DNA of 51,323 nucleotides from Girardia tigrina (Eukaryota): NCBI GenBank assembly GCA_001938485.1, contig MQRK01240151.1, positions 1 to 51,323 of the forward strand, read 5' to 3'. Shown piece by piece: positions 46,604 to 51,323 of this stretch (position 1 is its first letter; each line of letters starts with the position of its first letter). The notes under the pieces were generated by a model. It saw only the letters and a program-made list of their open reading frames with translations, ran no database searches and was not told where the DNA came from. The position numbers and the translations under genes were made by a program.

Positions 46604-48179
46604 NNNNNNNNNNNNNNNNNNNNNNNNNNNNNNNNNNNNNNNNNNNNNNNNNNGGGAGCGTTCATAAAATATAAAATTTTTGAATCTTATCAAATGATTA
46701 AATAAACAATTACATTCCGTAAAATATTGTTATAAATATGTTAAAATAAGATTTTCAGAAATTTAATGTAAAAAATTAATTTAAATAAGAAATAAAATAA
46801 ATTTTACGGTAGGGTTATTAAAAGATTTATGTAAAGATTTATTATAAAGTAAAAAAAGTTAATTTCAAATTTGATGAAAATATTTATTTGAAATAAAATA
46901 AAAAGTAATTTAAGTGTGATATTTTATTTGCGAAATAAAAGTAAACTAAACCATTTTGGTAACTTTTAAATCAAAGTAAATTAAAATGTGCTTATATTTT
47001 TTTGGAAAAAGTAATTATAATTTTTGGAAATTAAAATGGGAATTAAAAAATAATTGTAAAACCATAAACTCGACTTAAATAAAAAATGCGATTTTAATTT
47101 TTTTCGGAAAATGTAATTGAGAAACAGGTAAATTTAAATGTACTATAAAATTGAAAAATTAATAAAAGACGCAACAAAATCTTTGTGACAAAATTTTAAT
47201 TCACTATAATTTTTTATTAAAGAAAATATAGAATTTTAATTTGTAAAAAAATATACTAAACATATTTTTATTTATATCTATTTTTATTTATATTGGTTGT
47301 GTAAAAAAGAAAGTACAAAAGTTCCTCAAAAATATTTGTTTAAAAAATTCAAATTGTAATAGAAATAAATTTTTGTGTTCATGATAATGTCTTTTGATCA
47401 AGAACCCAATATGGCGACCACGCCAGTCATATTTATGACTTTGAAATTTACAATTTAATTTCTATTCATCTCGAGTAATTTGATAATTCAAAATTATTAT
47501 TATTCTGATCAACTTTGATATGGGAAGACTCCTGTTAACCAGCTCCTTAACTATCTCTCTTTTGATCATTCTTATGTTGATGTATAAGCTATTAATATTA
47601 AAAATAAAAATTATAAAAAATACATTTCAATTGCAACCATTTTGATGGTTGAAGATCATGAGAATTAAAATAATTAGTTGTTCGAATTTCAAAGATTTTT
47701 ACACAGTTTGATTCCATAATAATTTGTGAAATGAATTTCAAAAACTCAGATTCAGTGGAAAATTTGTTTTCACTTAAATGAGAACATAAAAAACAGCAAT
47801 ATTGATTGATCAAAATTAAAATGGAAAATCTTATTTTTGCACAATTTTCTTATATTTCTTCTTAATAAATTCAAATTACAATCGGAATTTAAAAGGATGA
47901 ACAAGATATGAAAACAAATATTTTTAATGCAATTATAATTATCAAGTCCAAGTTTGCACCGAATGACGTTATTAACCCGCTATTATCGTCCGCTAATTGA
48001 TCGCCACTTTCGTAATTTTCCTTTTAAATTTGAAGATAAATCAACGAAATTCTTGATGATATGTTCAATTTTGATAACATTATTTCTATAAATTTTTAAA
48101 CATTCATTACATGTCACTAAATTTTTATCTCTCTCAATGGGTAAATTAGTAATCAATATTAAAATTTATCACAAAACAT

Positions 48180-50530
48180 CGTGAATCATATGATCTCAAA
48201 AGAAGCCCTCGCGGAAGCATTATTATTACATTGTTGTGACTATGTACGCATAAAAAAGGAAGTGCGACTTAACAAAGTGAAAGGGATAGATACGATAAAA
48301 AAATATAAGGGCAGTACATGAAGTCAAAAGTGTGACAGAAGAATTGAATGTAGTAAGAGACAATGGGATACAAAACAGATCCCGGAGCTACAGAGAGGCA
48401 GATAATCGAAGATTTGTCCCTAACATTGAAGAAGAATATGAAGAATCGGTGACAGGAAGTGAACACCCAAAAGGCATCGCCTTGACAGAAGTGGAGCCAG
48501 TCGTGGCAAAAAATTAAAAGTTACCAACGACTCCCAAAGTATTGGTATTTATAGAAGAAGTAATATATCAAATATTATAGGCGCAGTGATAGAAGATGAA
48601 AGGAATGTTGAGATAAGAGACGCAAGAGTAAATGATAAAGTACGGAAATTTATAAAGAAAAAAACTTTAGAGGACAAGCTTGGAGGAAGTTCAGAGGGAA
48701 CAATTGAAGAAAAAAGTACAGAAGAAGATATCAGTATTTTTTCAATAGATGAATGGAAAGAATAAAATATATCGTATGATAGAATGCAGGGCCGACCGAG
48801 TGTAAAGTTGATGATACAAGGTAATGTTGAGGATTGTTTATTAGACTCAGGTGCAAAAGTAAATGTAATCCCCAGAAAGATTTTTGAGAAAATAACAAAC
48901 GTAAAATTAGAAAAGGCAGATATTAAGTTAAACTGTGCGAACAGTAGTAAAAATTTCGGTGGACGTAGAAATAAAAGTAGTAAACGACGAAAAACCAGAA
49001 ATAATAGGAGTCATAGAATTTCAGATAGCATTCGGAATCAAATTACATTGGAAAAAGAAAGAATTGGTGTGAATGTAAATTTTATCAATTATGGAACTTA
49101 GAAGCCAAATTTGGATGTAAGGTAACAAACGAGGAAAGATTCAAAAGAGCCAAGGAAATTATGGAAATTGCAGATAAACCAAAGATTATTAATATTGTTA
49201 AAAAAAATATTAAGAAATTTTTATGGTTGATAAATGGGATATCGGATGTACGACGATGATTTAACATAGAAAATACACGACAGACCAATCAACCTTAGAC
49301 ATAGGCAACCAGTTAATCTAGAAAAAAGAGATTGATGATACATTATGAATTTGTGGGAAAACAACATTATTAAGAATTGTAATTCATCATGGAATACACC
49401 GATGATTTGTGTATGGAAGAAAGAAAAGAATTGTGAGGAATATGCGGTGTGTAATTGTTTTTTTGTAGTGTTTGCATGTTTAAATGTTGTTTGTTAATTT
49501 GGGATTGTGCCTCTCCTAATCAGATGGATGTTCAATATTTTAACTCTTATAATCTGAAACTAATTTATTCAAATTTAGATTTAATATTCAAATTTTTAAT
49601 TTTTATTATTGCAACTTATAAATAATTTTATTGATTTTATTTTTGTAAATTTTTAAATAATTAAAATCAAATTAATGTCTAAAAATGACTATAGAAATAC
49701 TTATTTAAGCCAATAAAATTTAAATTAAATATTTTTAAATAAAATAATTTTCTCAAGTATAGTTCAGATTATAATGAGTGATATTGAAAATTGAGTGATG
49801 TACTTAAGTGAAAGAAATACTATTAATCATCATAAAGATGATAAGAAATGTGAATGTAATAAATTTTCTGTCAAATGTGTGAGTTCTCTTAACAAGAATG
49901 ATGTTAGATTTTGCTTGGATTTTAAACAACTAAACCTAGTCACGGAGAGACAGGCATTTCCTATGCCAAATATGATAGAAATGATGGACAAATTGTATGA
50001 CACCAGATATTTCACATCAATCGATCATACTACCAAGTCGAACTAGAGAAAGATTCGAAGCTAAAAAACGGCATTTTCCAGAAAACTAGGACAATTTTGT
50101 TTCAACAGAATGCCGTTTGGCATAGCAGCGGCACCGAGAATGTTTCAGGAACTCATGAGAAAGGTTCTCGGAGGTATATCAAATACAGTGGTATATTTAG
50201 ATGACATTCTTATATTTTCAAATCGTTGGAACAACATAACGAAATTTGAGATAAAGTATTAGACCAAATCGGGAAAGCAGGTTTAAGAATTAATCCGGAA
50301 AAGTGCAATATCCTAAAATCGAAAGTTACATTATTGGGACATGTAATTAATGATAAAGGTAGACAGACGGAACTATTTAAATTAGAAGCCATAAAGGCAT
50401 TTGAAAGCCTATATATGTAAAGAATCTAAGAAGTTTCCTAGGAATTAGCATCTATTACAGAAGGTTTATTAAAGACTGCACAACAAAGGCCATGACATTG
50501 GAACAACTGTGTGGATTGAACTATAAATTT
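48180..50530 (+). mobile_element. Second, more decayed Gypsy element (gag end, PR, RT) related to the 41-46.6 kb element
   Basis: QGRPSV...CLLDSGA, WNTPMICV, CLDFKQLNLVTERQAFPMPN, MPFGIAAAP, YLDD. Confidence 0.9.
49432..49894 (+). mobile_element. Solo LTR (463 bp), TGTGAGGAATAT family, inserted in Gypsy RT
   Basis: TG...CA termini; 5-bp TSD AGAAT (49427-31, 49895-99); removal restores VWKKEKNDVRFCLDF. Confidence 0.92.
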
Positions 50531-50559
50531 TTATAGACAGAGGTTTTTATAGTTTTTTT

Positions 50560-51207
50560 AGACTTACGAGGTGAACAAAACATGGTTGCAGATTTTCTGT
50601 CCCGTCCTATTAACACAATTTGCTTTCAACCCATTATTTCAAAAGAAAGACTATTATTGCATCTTCCATCGTCAGAAAATTTATCTGATTTCAAAAATAT
50701 TTCATTTATTGATGGTGAATCATATGACACGAGTCTATCGGGTAAATTACGCACTGTCCTTACAGAGTCTCTTCGAAAAGAAAAATTTGACCACATACAC
50801 AATTTACATCATCCAGTTAGTTCCAATTAGTTCAAATTACTACACACCTGTGTAATATGGAATAATATGAGACGAGACGTAAAATTATGGACTTCTCAAT
50901 GTATACCGTGCCAAAAATATAAAACATCGAGAAAAATATCTCCACCATTATTTCATTTCCCCACAACCTCACACTTTGAAACTGTTCATGCAGATTTGGT
51001 TGGACCACTCTCAAGTGACAGTGGATATCAGTACATTTTTACAATGCTTGATCGCTCTATCAGATGGCCAGAAGTCGTTCCTTTAAAAATATTGATGTAG
51101 AAATAATTTGTAAAACTTTTCTATGCACATGGGTTTGCCGATTCGGAGTTCTGGAAAATTTAATTTCTGATAAAAGTTTACAATTTGAATCTGCACTTTT
51201 TCGAACA
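50560..51207 (+). mobile_element. Integrase fragment from a different Gypsy lineage
   Basis: ADFLSRP, HNLHHP...CIPCQ zinc-binding region, HADLVGPL, RWPEVVPL, WVCRFG. Confidence 0.88.
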
Positions 51208-51323
51208 GTGAGGAATATTTTAAATTTGGTATGTTGAAATTGGTTTGTTGAATTTTGTATGTTGAGTTTAGTATTTGGAAATGTGTTTCTCCCACCCAGA
51301 TGGAAAATTGATATTTTAGATGT
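51208..51323 (+). mobile_element. LTR start (TGTGAGGAATAT family), running off the window end
   Basis: Near-identical to the reverse complement of 4935-5042. Confidence 0.8.

Noticed and set aside
46650-47350. AT-rich degenerate periodic sequence (also 3880-4280 and 27150-27260)
   Set aside because: Low complexity; no definable repeat unit or ends.
47412-47424. TGGCGACCACG as a tRNA primer-binding site
   Set aside because: No LTR end with CA immediately before it and no gag after it.

Overview
AT-rich animal genomic scaffold with several N-gaps, dominated by nested, decayed transposons (mariner, Tc1, pogo, hAT, piggyBac-like MITE, Gypsy elements and solo LTRs, two APE-type RTE-like LINEs, a Penelope GIY-YIG fragment). 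Host genes have very short GT-AG introns (27-84 nt), suggesting a compact-genome invertebrate, possibly a parasite; the taxon cannot be fixed from the sequence. The ORF track mis-frames the most interesting host genes. (1) Two paralogous three-exon genes (24764-25054, 38331-38625) encode 56-aa secreted cysteine-rich peptides with a C-C-CC-C-C framework, conserved introns and a hypervariable mature exon, the pattern of toxin/effector/defence peptide families. (2) A putative minus-strand micro-exon gene (518-13124) carries an intronless LRR-transmembrane gene antisense in one intron. Also present are a chimeric SINE with a 5S rRNA head fused to the 5' UTR of the RTE LINE in this window, a candidate HDV-like ribozyme ahead of the second LINE, and a truncated TM9SF-family pseudogene. 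All calls are by eye; no database searches were run.
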